DNA of 49,900 bases from Octopus bimaculoides (lineage: Eukaryota). The DNA is taken from contig NC_068988.1 in NCBI RefSeq assembly GCF_001194135.2, positions 90,552,939 through 90,602,838 on the forward strand, given 5' to 3'. The position numbers were made by a program, and so were the translations under genes. The notes beneath the pieces are model-generated. The model did not search any database. It was not told the DNA's origin and worked only from the letters and a program-made list of their open reading frames with translations. Within the stretch, counting starts at the first letter, position 1, and the number at the start of each line of letters is the position of its first letter. This document shows, in pieces, positions 37,764-49,900 of the stretch.

Positions 37764-39467
37764 CTCCAAGGGCACAGTGATGACGTCGACAACTAGCATC
37801 ATTACTTAGGGAACGTTTTAGCTATTTCTGTCTACATTGCAATATTCTCCACCGGATGATAATATTCATGAAACTGCAAACTAAGAACTTACTAACTCTA
37901 GTATGGTTCTCCTACTAATTTATTGACTGATTGATTGATTTTATTACTTTCTTTCAATTATCTCGTTTAATTACACCTATTTAATTTACTTATTTATCTT
38001 ATTTCTTTAGCTATCTTATTTACTTCAGCTTTATAACCATCGTCCATTCTTCTACTCGTTTCTCTTTATAACTGCGCCTATTCAATAGCCTTGAAGCCTA
38101 TGTGCACACACGCACACACATATATGTATGTATGTATGTGTATTTGTATGTATATGGGTATGTATATATATTTGTATGTATGTACGCACGTATATTGACA
38201 GCTATGAAATATGTATACATACACGCATGTGAAGACGCGCACACACACATACAGACGCATACACACACTCACACACACACACACAAACACACACACAAAC
38301 ACACACACACACATACACATATATATATATATATATATATACATATATATATACATATGCGCGTATGTAAGCATGTACGTGGGCAAGTGTGTATATGTAT
38401 GTGAATGTGTATTTCTGTATATGTATATGTATATATATATGTGTCTGTACACACACACATACACACACCCATAGCTTTACATATGCAAGGACATTTCTTC
38501 TCTAATAACATTTTCTCTTCTTTCCCCCNNNNNNNNNNNNNNNNNNNNNNNNNNNNNNNNNNNNNNNNNNNNNNNNNNNNNNNNNNNNNNNNNNNNNNNN
38601 NNNNNNNNNNNNNNNNNNNNNNNNNNNNNNNNNNNNNNNNNNNNNNNNNNNNNNNNNNNNNNNNNNNNNNNNNNNNNNNNNNNNNNNNNNNNNNNNNNNN
38701 NNNNNNNNNNNNNNNNNNNNNNNNNNNNNNNNNNNNNNNNNNNNNNNNNNNNNNNNNNNNNNNNNNNNNNNNNNNNNNNNNNNNNNNNNNNNNNNNNNNN
38801 NNNNNNNNNNNNNNNNNNNNNNNNNNNNNNNNNNNNNNNNNNNNNNNNNNNNNNNNNNNNNNNNNNNNNNNNNNNNNNNNNNNNNNNNNNNNNNNNNNNN
38901 NNNNNNNNNNNNNNNNNNNNNNNNNNNNNNNNNNNNNNNNNNNNNNNNNNNNNNNNNNNNNNNNNNNNNNNNNNNNNNNNNNNNNNNNNNNNNNNNNNNN
39001 NNNNNNNNNNNNNNNNNNNNNNNNNNNNNNNNNNNNNNNNNNNNNNNNNNNNNNNNNNNNNNNNNNNNNNNNNNNNNNNNNNNNNNNNNNNNNNNNNNNN
39101 NNNNNNNNNNNNNNNNNNNNNNNNNNNNNNNNNNNNNNNNNNNNNNNNNNNNNNNNNNNNNNNNNNNNNNNNNNNNNNNNNNNNNNNNNNNNNNNNNNNN
39201 NNNNNNNNNNNNNNNNNNNNNNNNNNNNNNNNNNNNNNNNNNNNNNNNNNNNNNNNNNNNNNNNNNNNNNNNNNNNNNNNNNNNNNNNNNNNNNNNNNNN
39301 NNNNNNNNNNNNNNNNNNNNNNNNNNNNNNNNNNNNNNNNNNNNNNNNNNNNNNNNNNNNNNNNNNNNNNNNNNNNNNNNNNNNNNNNNNNNNNNNNNNN
39401 NNNNNNNNNNNNNNNNNNNNNNNNNNNNNNNNNNNNNNNNNNNNNNNNNNNNNNNNNNNNNNNNNNN

Positions 39468-39533
<66 letters not shown>

Positions 39534-39828
39534 TGTCTGTCTGTGTCCTCTTCTGTTTTAATTATTTGAAGTTTACCTGTAAAGAAGGAGCTGGTTTCTA
39601 ACAAAGATACAAAGACACAAACCTCCATTTTTGGAATGTAGATAACAATTTTGATTTTGCAAAAAGACTTGCATATTTTTACTGTTCCGCTTACAGATTG
39701 TATTTGTAATGTGCGAGTTAGATAGCGGGTTTCTTTTTTCTGAAAATCCAGTCTTATCCAGATTGCTACAGGTATTTACAAACAAACCCAAGTGCAATAA
39801 TAATTAATTGTGTGATTGTGAAATTATA

Positions 39829-40250
39829 ATCTGGGTTTAAAAGCTGAAAATTTCGGAACAGCTGTATGTATGTATGTATGTTTGTATGTATGTATGTATG
39901 TATGTATGTATGTATGTTTGTGTGTATGTATGTATGTCGTAGCGATATGAAACTTCCGGTATTACATAACTGAGGTGAGTTATAACTGGGTTTAAAAGCT
40001 GAAAATTTCGGAACAGTTGTATGTATGCATGTATGTATGTATGTATGTTTGTGTGTATGTATGTATGTCGTAGCGATATGAAACTTCCGGTATTGCATAA
40101 CTGGGGTGAGTTATAACAGGGTTTAAAAGCTGAAAATTTCGGAACAGCTGTATGTTTGTATGTATGTATGTATGTATGTATGTATGTATGTATGTATGTA
40201 TGTCGTAGTGATATGAAACTTCCGGTATTGCATAACTGAAGTGACTTATG
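39829..40250. repeat. Composite tandem repeat with variable (TATG)n core, about 3 units
   Basis: GGGTTTAAAAGCTGAAAATTTCGGAACAG near 39833, 39988 and 40119, each followed by (TATG)n and TCGTAG.GATATGAAACTTCCGGTATT.CATAACTG. Confidence 0.92.
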
Positions 40251-41891
40251 TCGTTATATAGTTACTATAAATATTTTGCACTAAGTTATTTCCCTTGGTA
40301 TTCTAAGACTAGTTTTCCGATGCAATTATTGAAACAAATATTACTGGTTTAGTGAATTTGATTATATATTCAACTGACTGGAATTAAAATTGGGGGAAAT
40401 ATGAAGGGAAACGCATAAAGGTTAACTAGTTGAAATGAAGAGATTGTGAATCTAATGGGAAAGTATAAAGGTTAAGGAAGTGAAAGCATGAGATAATGGA
40501 TTATCTCATGTTGGTAATATGTGATATAATGTGTTGACAGCAGATGTTGGCAATGTAATTAGAAGGGATTCTAGAGGTAAAGAATGAATACATCTTAGGT
40601 GATATGCAGTATAAATTTTCATAACTATATTAACACCTTTCAAACCAAATTTAGCGTTGGTATCAGAAATATTATGCAATTCACATGCATTCCAACGTGA
40701 TTATATTATACACACTGACAGACGTATATACTTCCATACATATATACGTACAATTTTCCGGCTGAAAGAGCTTTGTTTCTGGCTTAGAATTCATTTCTTC
40801 ATAGCTAGAATATATCAGAAATAAGCTAAAACAATCATATATGCATATATACGTATGTTCTTATATATTTAATTAATAAATTCAATAATGGGATAAAAAT
40901 CTTTTATAAGAATTTTATCAGGAAGCTAGTATGTAAAAAGTCCATAAGGGAAAAAAGCCATCATTTTTTTATTCCCAAGAATATAATTATTCATTTATAT
41001 TTATATAAGGGCATTACTACAGAATAATGCCACGAAATCGTTCGATATATAGTTGAGTTCATTCTTTTAAAAAGATTGTTTTTTTTAAGAATTGCTTTTC
41101 CTCGCATTCGGTAAAAAAATGTGTTTATTTAGGAAGTCTAGTGTGTGGCATTATTCTGTAGTAATGTCTTTATATACATATGTTCTTATATACATACGTA
41201 CATTCATGGTGATTGCTCCATCTTCACAGATAATCGCTATCTGCTTGTGCTTCCTTGTTGTCTATGGCATTTGTGATTTTCCATCCATGACCTCTTAGAT
41301 GACTGTTCAGTCCCGTTACAGATTTGAGTGGTTTGAAGTGGGTGACAGACAAAAGTTGTAACATAATGTGCATTTCCAACTTGTTAGGTCAGCACACGTT
41401 GTTACTCTTCTATCGCCATTGGACTTTCAGTATACAGAATGGCAAATGAGGTTACAAATTTTCAGTTTATTTTCCTTATCAATATATTTCATTATTTTCA
41501 TTATCTTTTATTAACCTTTTACTTAATAAACACGCTTTCAGCTGCTTAGCATGTTGGGGTATTTCGATTGATCAAAATGTAAACTCTGTAATGTCCATTT
41601 TGCCCTGAAGATCTTCCACCCAGAGTACTAAAAATGCAAACTTGTGTTATTATATGCTTTATAATTTAAATTGGGTGCGAAGTGAAACAATTGTAGGCAA
41701 TGTTAAATAATTAATGAATTAATTCATACCCATTGAATCTCTTCATTTTCAAACTTATTGATAATATTTGATGTTTTATAATATATTTAATGAAGAAATA
41801 TCTTTTCAAAGTATAGTATATTAAATTAGGGCATCTTGGATAAAACTATCCCTATAAGAGGTTTAAATACCCTCATAGTGAATATATATAG

Positions 41892-41964
<73 letters not shown>

Positions 41965-42399
41965 AGTACCTACAAAAATATACAAGTAATAATATGCATG
42001 CTTACATACCAACATCCATACATATGTACATACATAATTTTTTTAAGCGCATGCTCACTAAATGCTTCTACCATGCTCACATTTATCGTCATTTTATTTA
42101 CAACTTCCTCTGAGTTTCCGTTTATAAAATCTCACACAAGTTGAAATGTCGTTGACAGTTTTGTGTATTTATAATTGTGACAAAATTTAATCTGGTTAGA
42201 AAATCAATCATCACGGTAAAAGTAGTATAATTTACAGTTAATAAAGTATTTTCTTTATATTTTGATTTTTGTTTTGTTTTTTTGACTAGCGGGTTATAGT
42301 TATTTGTTGGGTTTTTTTTGTTTGTTTTTTCCAATATTCATAGTAGATTTTTTATGTATATAAAATACTGATTTATTTTTCATTTCACTTATTTAGTTC

Positions 42400-42725
42400 A
42401 TCCTCATTATCGTCGTCGTCGTCGTCGTCGTCGTCATTTTTATCATCGTCCTCGTCATCATCATCATCATCATCATTATCATTGTTATAATCACCGCCGT
42501 CATCATCATCATCATCATCATTATCGTTTTTATCATTATTACTGTTCTCACTACCACAGCCACCACCATTATTATCGATATAACTGTTGACAGGTGCAAC
42601 GTTTGTAGTAGTAGTAGTAGTAGTTGTAGTAGTAGCAGTAGCAGTGGCAGCATCTGCTGTTGTTGTTGTTGTAGCTGTTGTTGGCGTCAGTGTTGTCCTT
42701 GTTTTGTTGCTGATCTTGTTGCTGT
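42400..42725. repeat. (CGT)/(CAT)/(AGT)/(GTT) trinucleotide block
   Basis: Directly visible. Confidence 0.9.
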
Positions 42726-43010
42726 TGATATACTAATTTATTTTTAAACATTTCCTCCAGCAACCGGGATTATGTTTAGATAATTCATACACTCTTCGCC
42801 CTTCGGATCCCATTATGTCAAAATATCTATAATCCCATTTGTGATGTAAACTAGAAATATGTCATTAAAGCTTAGATATACAGGCTTTAATTATACATTA
42901 TTTTTCTATAATTACATATAATCTTTATAACCACATATCTTAAGATATGTCATAACTATCCTATATAACAGTTGTAAGTAATATTTATTCCATGTATAAG
43001 AGAATATATT

Positions 43011-43223
43011 CTTTTCTACTCTGGGCACAAGGCCCGAAATTTTGGGGGAGGGGACCAGTCGATCAGATCGACCCCAGTGCGCAACTAGTACTTAATTTAT
43101 CGACCCCGGAAGGATAAAAGGCAAAGTTGACCTCGGCGGAATTTGAACTCAGAATGTAAAGACAGACGAAATACCGCTAAGCATTTCACCCGGCGTGCTA
43201 ACGTTTCTGCCAGCTCACCGCCT
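43011..43223 (-). mobile_element. Deu/Nin-like SINE with 18-bp TSD
   Basis: Family body; TGTATAAGAGAATATATT (42993-43010) and TGTATAAGAGACTATATT (43224-43241), one mismatch. Confidence 0.92.
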
Positions 43224-43726
43224 TGTATAAGAGACTATATTACTATAACTGTAGCAGTTTTAGAGTGCTTTATAGAAACTGACAGCTGCTATTACTGTGA
43301 CTGAATCTATAATATATCTAGTATTCTAGGCACACACTCCATTTCCTAGCTCTGTACTGCATCTTTAATACATGACAATTTCTTACGTTCACTAACCACA
43401 TTTTACAGCTTATATGATTAAAGAATATGAGAAAAAAACTTCACACCTTTTCCCCAACACGTATGGAAGCTTAGGAACCATCAATTGAAAAATTCTTGAA
43501 TTTCATGGAAAATCGTTATTATAGCTACGTTGTACTTTAATGAAGACTACCCTTACCTGGAAAGTTCTATATTAAAACATATAGTATCACTTAATAGGGG
43601 ATTAGCTCTGTCATCAAAGTGGTCGTTATTGGAGAAAATTCCTTTTGGATAGCTTAAGTATACTTCAAAATTCACGGCCTAATGATGGAAAACTACGGCC
43701 AACAGTTTCAACAAATGCTGCTGGGA

Positions 43727-43890
43727 GGGAGGAGGACGAGGAAGAGGAGGACGAGGACGAGGAGGACGAGGACGAGGAAGACGAGGACGAGGAAGATGAG
43801 GAGGACGAAGTGGAGGAGGAGGTCGAAGAGGAGGAGGAGGAGCACGAGGAGGAGGAGGAGGGTAACGACCAAGATGGTGATGATGATCAC
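43727..43890. repeat. Degenerate (GAG/GAC)n trinucleotide repeat
   Basis: Purine-rich triplet run translating as poly-E/D. Confidence 0.85.
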
Positions 43891-45640
43891 GATTGTTTTG
43901 GTNNNNNNNNNNNNNNNNNNNNNNNNNNNNNNNNNNNNNNNNNNNNNNNNNNNNNNNNNNNNNNNNNNNNNNNNNNNNNNNNNNNNNNNNNNNNNNNNNN
44001 NNNNNNNNNNNNNNNNNNNNNNNNNNNNNNNNNNNNNNNNNNNNNNNNNNNNNNNNNNNNNNNNNNNNNNNNNNNNNNNNNNNNNNNNNNNNNNNNNNNN
44101 NNNNNNNNNNNNNNNNNNNNNNNNNNATATATATATATACATACGTATTATATACCTATATATATATAATATACATGCGTGTAAATAGATATATATATAT
44201 ATATGTGTGTGTATGCGTATGCATATCTATGCACATGAACACACACACATACATGCACATATAGATATACACATATATTCCAATATTAGAAGTTTAAGAT
44301 AAATATGTTTAAAAAAAAACATATCGAAAATCTTCATTGACAGTGAATAATGGCGTGAAAAAACAAGTTGAGAATTAAACCAATGTTTGCAAATATTGAA
44401 GTCTTTCATCTGGAACCGAATGAAAAGAAAGATTTGACATTAAAATCTATAACGATTTTCTTTGTTCTTTCAATATACTTCACAGCACGAACTTTGGAGG
44501 TTAAATATACAAACATAGCTACATGGTAGGCATACATGTCTAAACAGCATCATACACATACACACATGTACATGCATACACACACACACAAATACACACT
44601 CACACACGTACATATATATCCATATACATTGAAAGATATGTATATGTATATGCATATATATGTGCATACATATTGCATGCATTATATGTGGGGGGGGGGG
44701 GCATTTGCTTCTCTATTTCAAAATAGACAATGTTAAATAAATATTTACATATATAAGATGTGTATACATTTATATGTTAATATATATATATATANNNNNN
44801 NNNNNNNNNNNNNNNNNNNNNNNNNNNNNNNNNNNNNNNNNNNNNNNNNNNNNNNNNNNNNNNNNNNNNNNNNNNNNNNNNNNNNNNNNNNNNNNNNNNN
44901 NNNNNNNNNNNNNNNNNNNNNNNNNNNNNNNNNNNNNNNNNNNNNNNNNNNNNNNNNNNNNNNNNNNNNNNNNNNNNNNNNNNNNNNNNNNNNNNNNNNN
45001 NNNNNNNNNNNNNNNNNNNNNNNNNNNNNNNNNNNNNNNNNNNNNNNNNNNNNNNNNNNNNNNNNNNNNNNNNNNNNNNNNNNNNNNNNNNNNNNNNNNN
45101 NNNNNNNNNNNNNNNNNNNNNNNNNNNNNNNNNNNNNNNNNNNNNNNNNNNNNNNNNNNNNNNNNNNNNNNNNNNNNNNNNNNNNNNNNNNNNNNNNNNN
45201 NNNNNNNNNNNNNNNNNNNNNNNNNNNNNNNNNNNNNNNNNNNNNNNNNNNNNNNNNNNNNNNNNNNNNNNNNNNNNNNNNNNNNNNNNNNNNNNNNNNN
45301 NNNNNNNNNNNNNNNNNNNNNNNNNNNNNNNNNNNNNNNNNNNNNNNNNNNNNNNNNNNNNNNNNNNNNNNNNNNNNNNNNNNNNNNNNNNNNNNNNNNN
45401 NNNNNNNNNNNNNNNNNNNNNNNNNNNNNNNNNNNNNNNNNNNNNNNNNNNNNNNNNNNNNNNNNNNNNNNNNNNNNNNNNNNNNNNNNNNNNNNNNNNN
45501 NNNNNNNNNNNNNNNNNNNNNNNNNNNNNNNNNNNNNNNNNNNNNNNNNNNNNNNNNNNNNNNNNNNNNNNNNNNNNNNNNNNNNNNNNNNNNNNNNNNN
45601 NNNNNNNNNNNNNNNNNNNNNNNNNNNNNNNNNNNNNNNN

Positions 45641-45679
<39 letters not shown>

Positions 45680-45879
45680 GCATATACATCTTGTTTGCTT
45701 GATGGAATATGTAGACGTATTGATAACTAGCCATTGATGTATGTATGCGTTTAGGCGCGAATGTACCATATATTTATTATATATACCTATATGAATATTA
45801 AAACATATATATATAGATAGAAAGAGAAAGAAAGGAAAAGAGCGCGAGACACGGACATACATATACACGCGCGGGGGGT

Positions 45880-45913
<34 letters not shown>

Positions 45914-45984
45914 CTTGTGTGTAAGTTTCTATTGTTTGAATATTTCTGTTATATGAATATACCTTATATATTTCAGTACTGCAC

Positions 45985-47745
45985 GTGGTTCGACTGAAGT
46001 TCCAAGAAAATTGCTCACTGACTGCAAAATCCCGAAGGATAAGTGAAATACTGAATATGCAATTTAAAGTTGTTTTCATTTCACCGCTGGGACAAATGAA
46101 TGTGCCGAACGAGCTCTTTGACATTACTGCACCACGCGAAGAGATGGTAATTATCGGTTACATCAAGAGAGAGCATATTGATGTAATATCAATCATTAAT
46201 GAAATGAGCTTAAACTCAGCCACTAGCCCTGAGGGTTTCCCAGCAATCCTCCTTAAAAAAATGCAAAGGGGCCTTAGCACTGCAGATCCTCTTCTAAGAC
46301 TTTATTGAAATTGCTAGAATTCCCAGGAAGTTGACAGGAGCCATACGCCTTATCCATAAAAGAGGAAGCAGAGAAAATAATAAAAAATTATAAGCCAATC
46401 GCTCTTATCTCACGTGCAAATTAGTGGAACGAATTGTCAGGAAGAAGCTGATCATGAAATAAAAATTACTTGCTTCCTGACACCCAGCATGGCTTCCACT
46501 CACAGGAAAAAGCTGCCTTACGCAGCTTCTGCAGCATTCTGAGTAGGTACTGAAACAACTTATGCATCACTCAAACATGGATATGATATATATGTATAAT
46601 GCAAAGGCCTTTGGTAGTGTTTATCACGGGGTGACATGTCATACCCTTCCAAGACTCAGTATAGTTGGAGACCTGAGCGAATGGTTACATAACCCGTCCA
46701 AGGAAATATTAATGGTGAGTAGAGTGTCTCAGGGATCTGTTTTGGAGCCGCTGGTGTTTGTGGTGGCCCTCTCAGATATACCGTTAGTCATACAGGCAGT
46801 CACTCCTTCTAGCTATGCCGACGACATAGCACAACCGGTCAAGAATGTTCTCGATGCTAATTTTCTACAGAAAGACCTAGATGCTGTATACAAGTGGGCT
46901 GAAGAAAAACAACATGCAATTTAATGCAGGAAAATTTCAAGCTCTCCGCTATCAGCCAGTTTGTGCTAACATACCGCAATATTATTACTTTGGACCAAAA
47001 GGAGTGGCAATTTCAGAGTGAAACACAGAGCAGATCCTGGGGGTTGATATGAGTAACGATGTATACATATCACCATGATGAAAATGCGCAGGCGAATGCC
47101 GGATGAATTTTGAGAACTTTCAGAAGAGACAAGGAAACTATGCTGATCCTATGGAAAATATTTGTCCTTTGCTGTCTGGACTACTGCTCTCAATTATGCT
47201 CACTCTACGGCGTCAATTTAATAGCAGCGCTCGAGGCAGGTCACCGGTGCTACACCGGGAGGATAGCATGAATGAAACACTTGTGCTACTGGGAAAGACT
47301 GAAAGAAATGCGACTCTACTCCTGGAGTGAAGGCAGTGAAGATATGCAGTGATATACATATGGAAGATCCTAGAGAGGCTATCACCAATCTTTGGCGTCG
47401 AGAGTCAAACTAGCCCCCAAACAGGACACTACTGCACTGTTCCAAAGGTCTCGCGTATCCTGTCTGGAGTAAGGACCAGGTACAGCAATAGCTCCGTATT
47501 CAAAGACCCACAGATATTTGATATCTTGCCAAAAAATGAAAAAACGAGAGATCTACATGTTGTGGTGATAGATGTTTTCAAGGAGCTTATTGACCTTTTG
47601 CTGTCCAAGATTTCAGTTAAGCCTTCATCTCAGCAAGAAACTCAAATGAAGGTAGCAATATCAAAGTCCTGCAACTACCAAAAGCTAACCTCATAGAATC
47701 GAAGGTGCCCCAGCATGGCCACAGCATTTCGTTTGAAACACATAA
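45985..47745 (+). mobile_element. CR1-group LINE, 5'-truncated, RT pseudogene plus 3' tail
   Basis: ISEILN.QF, SPEGFPAILLKK, NYKPIAL, QHGF..GKSCLTQLL, AKAFGSVYH, VSQGSVLEPLVF, YADD (46814-46825), LQKDLDAVYKWAE..MQFNAGKFQ; many stops and frameshifts; ends at (GATA)n. Confidence 0.92.
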
Positions 47746-47775
47746 CAGAATAGATAGATAGATAGATAGATAGAC

Positions 47776-47832
<57 letters not shown>

Positions 47833-48251
47833 TGACATATATGATATGATATGATATGATATATTATATTATATGATATGATAAGATATGATGTCATTGT
47901 GTGCAAGCATATCATATTCGAACAATATTGTACGTGCGAGCATATCATATTCAAACAATACTGTACAAACAATAACTGAACAAATTATTAATATATTCTT
48001 CATTATAACCTCTGGTACATTCTTTTATAATAAAATATTATTCGTCTGTTTCTTTTTATAAAAATAATATTTTTTTTTTTAATGCAGTGTCATCAGAAAA
48101 GCATTCGATCAGTAAGGAGCTTTTGGCAATACCAATGATTGATATTGAAATTTAATATATAAAATTGAATTATACGTATGTGTATGCATTTATGCGTGTA
48201 TGTATACATGCATTGCGTTCTTTTTTCATAATACCACATCTTACAGGTACA

Positions 48252-48291
<40 letters not shown>

Positions 48292-48869
48292 NNNNNNNNN
48301 NNNNNNNNNNNNNNNNNNNNNNNNNNNNNNNNNNNNNNNNNNNNNNNNNNNNNNNNNNNNNNNNNNNNNNNNNNNNNNNNNNNNNNNNNNNNNNNNNNNN
48401 NNNNNNNNNNNNNNNNNNNNNNNNNNNNNNNNNNNNNNNNNNNNNNNNNNNNNNNNNNNNNNNNNNNNNNNNNNNNNNNNNNNNNNNNNNNNNNNNNNNN
48501 NNNNNNNNNNNNNNNNNNNNNNNNNNNNNNNNNNNNNNNNNNNNNNNNNNNNNNNNNNNNNNNNNNNNNNNNNNNNNNNNNNNNNNNNNNNNNNNNNNNN
48601 NNNNNNNNNNNNNNNNNNNNNNNNNNNNNNNNNNNNNNNNNNNNNNNNNNNNNNNNNNNNNNNNNNNNNNNNNNNNNNNNNNNNNNNNNNNNNNNNNNNN
48701 NNNNNNNNNNNNNNNNNNNNNNNNNNNNNNNNNNNNNNNNNNNNNNNNNNNNNNNNNNNNNNNNNNNNNNNNNNNNNNNNNNNNNNNNNNNNNNNNNNNN
48801 NNNNNNNNNNNNNNNNNNNNNNNNNNNNNNNNNNNNNNNNNNNNNNNNNNNNNCACACACACACACACA

Positions 48870-48920
<51 letters not shown>

Positions 48921-49004
48921 GAGAATATACAAATAATAACAACAGACGAGGACAGGTGGTGTAAATAACAAAAGTATATATTAGTATATTGATTTATTTA
49001 TACA

Positions 49005-49428
49005 GCAGACGTGGCTGTGTGGTAAGAAGTTTGCTTCCTAACCACATCGCTCCTGGTTCAGTTCCACTGCATGGCACCTTGGGCAAGTGACTTTTACTAT
49101 AGCTTCGGGGCAACTAAAGCCTTGCGAGTGGATTTAGTAAACGGAAACTGAAAGTTGCTCATCCTATATATATATATATGTGTACGTGTGTGTGTGTGAG
49201 TGAGTGAGTGAGTGAGTGTGTGTGTGCGTGTGTCCCCACTACGGCTTGACAACCGATGCTGGTTTGTTTATGTACCCGTAAATTAGCGGTTCGACAAAAA
49301 GTAGCCAATATTATAAGTAGCAAGTTTAAAGGAAAAATTAAGCGCTAGAGTCGATTCATTCGACTAAAAATTCTTCAAAGCGGTGCCCCAGCATGGCCGC
49401 AGTCTAATGACTGAAACAGATAAAAGAT
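49005..49428 (+). mobile_element. CORE-like SINE, full length
   Basis: GTGGTAAG A box, GGTTCAGTTCC B box, CORE-like ACCTTGGGCAAGTGACTT, internal microsatellite, tail GGTGCCCCAGCATGGCCGCAGTCTAATGACTGAAACAG. Confidence 0.9.
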
Positions 49429-49440
49429 AGTTTTTCAACG

Positions 49441-49530
49441 AAAATAGTATTGACAATGACTTAGAAGTTTCGGACAGCTAAGCCATCATTGGACTGGCCG
49501 AAACTTCAAAGTCACTGCCAGTATTATTTT
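49441..49530. other. 37-bp imperfect hairpin with 16-nt loop
   Basis: 49441-49477 pairs with 49494-49530: 31 Watson-Crick, 2 G-U, 4 mismatches (hand count). Confidence 0.85.
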
Positions 49531-49858
49531 TGCTAAAGAAATCAATAAATTTGTACGCTACAAAAAGTATTGTGTAATCCTTCAATTTAATGTAAAATGG
49601 TTTTTATTATATTTCATCTCTATAAGATATGAAATTTGTAACTACTATGTACTCTAACTAGCTACTTCGCTTGTTGCAAGATTAATGACTGGTTCTAACC
49701 TAGTTTTCTATATATAGCGAGCTAACTGATGAAGGGTCGTTCTTTGTATTCTATGTATTACTTGTTTGTTTTCCATTTTTTCTTGTTGTTTGCGTATTTA
49801 ACTCATTTGTTCTCGTATTTCATGTTGTTTACTGTTGTTGACGTCCTGTACCCATATA

Positions 49859-49900
<42 letters not shown>

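Noticed and set aside
39829-40250. CRISPR-like repeat/spacer array
   Set aside because: Eukaryotic context, spacers are (TATG)n rather than unique sequence, and no cas genes.
49715-49853. CTGATGA at 49726-49732 as a third hammerhead
   Set aside because: No GAAAC box or matching stems nearby; at most a decayed retroelement end.

Overview
Eukaryotic, AT-rich, repeat-saturated DNA with 22 assembly gaps (about 7.8 kb of N by hand count), most flanked by microsatellites. The SINE families and microsatellite load resemble an octopus (coleoid cephalopod) genome; this is pattern recognition, not a database result. I recognise no host gene, rRNA, functional tRNA or CRISPR array, and almost all ORFs in the track are microsatellite or N artefacts. 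The window holds decayed mobile elements: five Tc1/mariner-superfamily remnants (one with probable DD36E spacing, one DD37D), a Penelope-like element (GIY-YIG fragment between inverted pseudo-LTRs), CR1-group, RTE and Tx1/L1-like LINE fragments, a Gypsy-like LTR with a gag fragment, and about 14 clear tRNA-derived SINE copies or fragments from three families. The most interesting structure is the Penelope repeat unit at 3.9-5.5 kb: each arm has a tRNA-like Pol III head, an (AAT)n spacer and a minimal type I hammerhead ribozyme motif. Also notable are a shared SINE/LINE 3' tail, an LTR whose tRNA-Trp-like primer site overlaps an antisense gag, and several long inverted repeats. None is proven novel without a repeat-library search.
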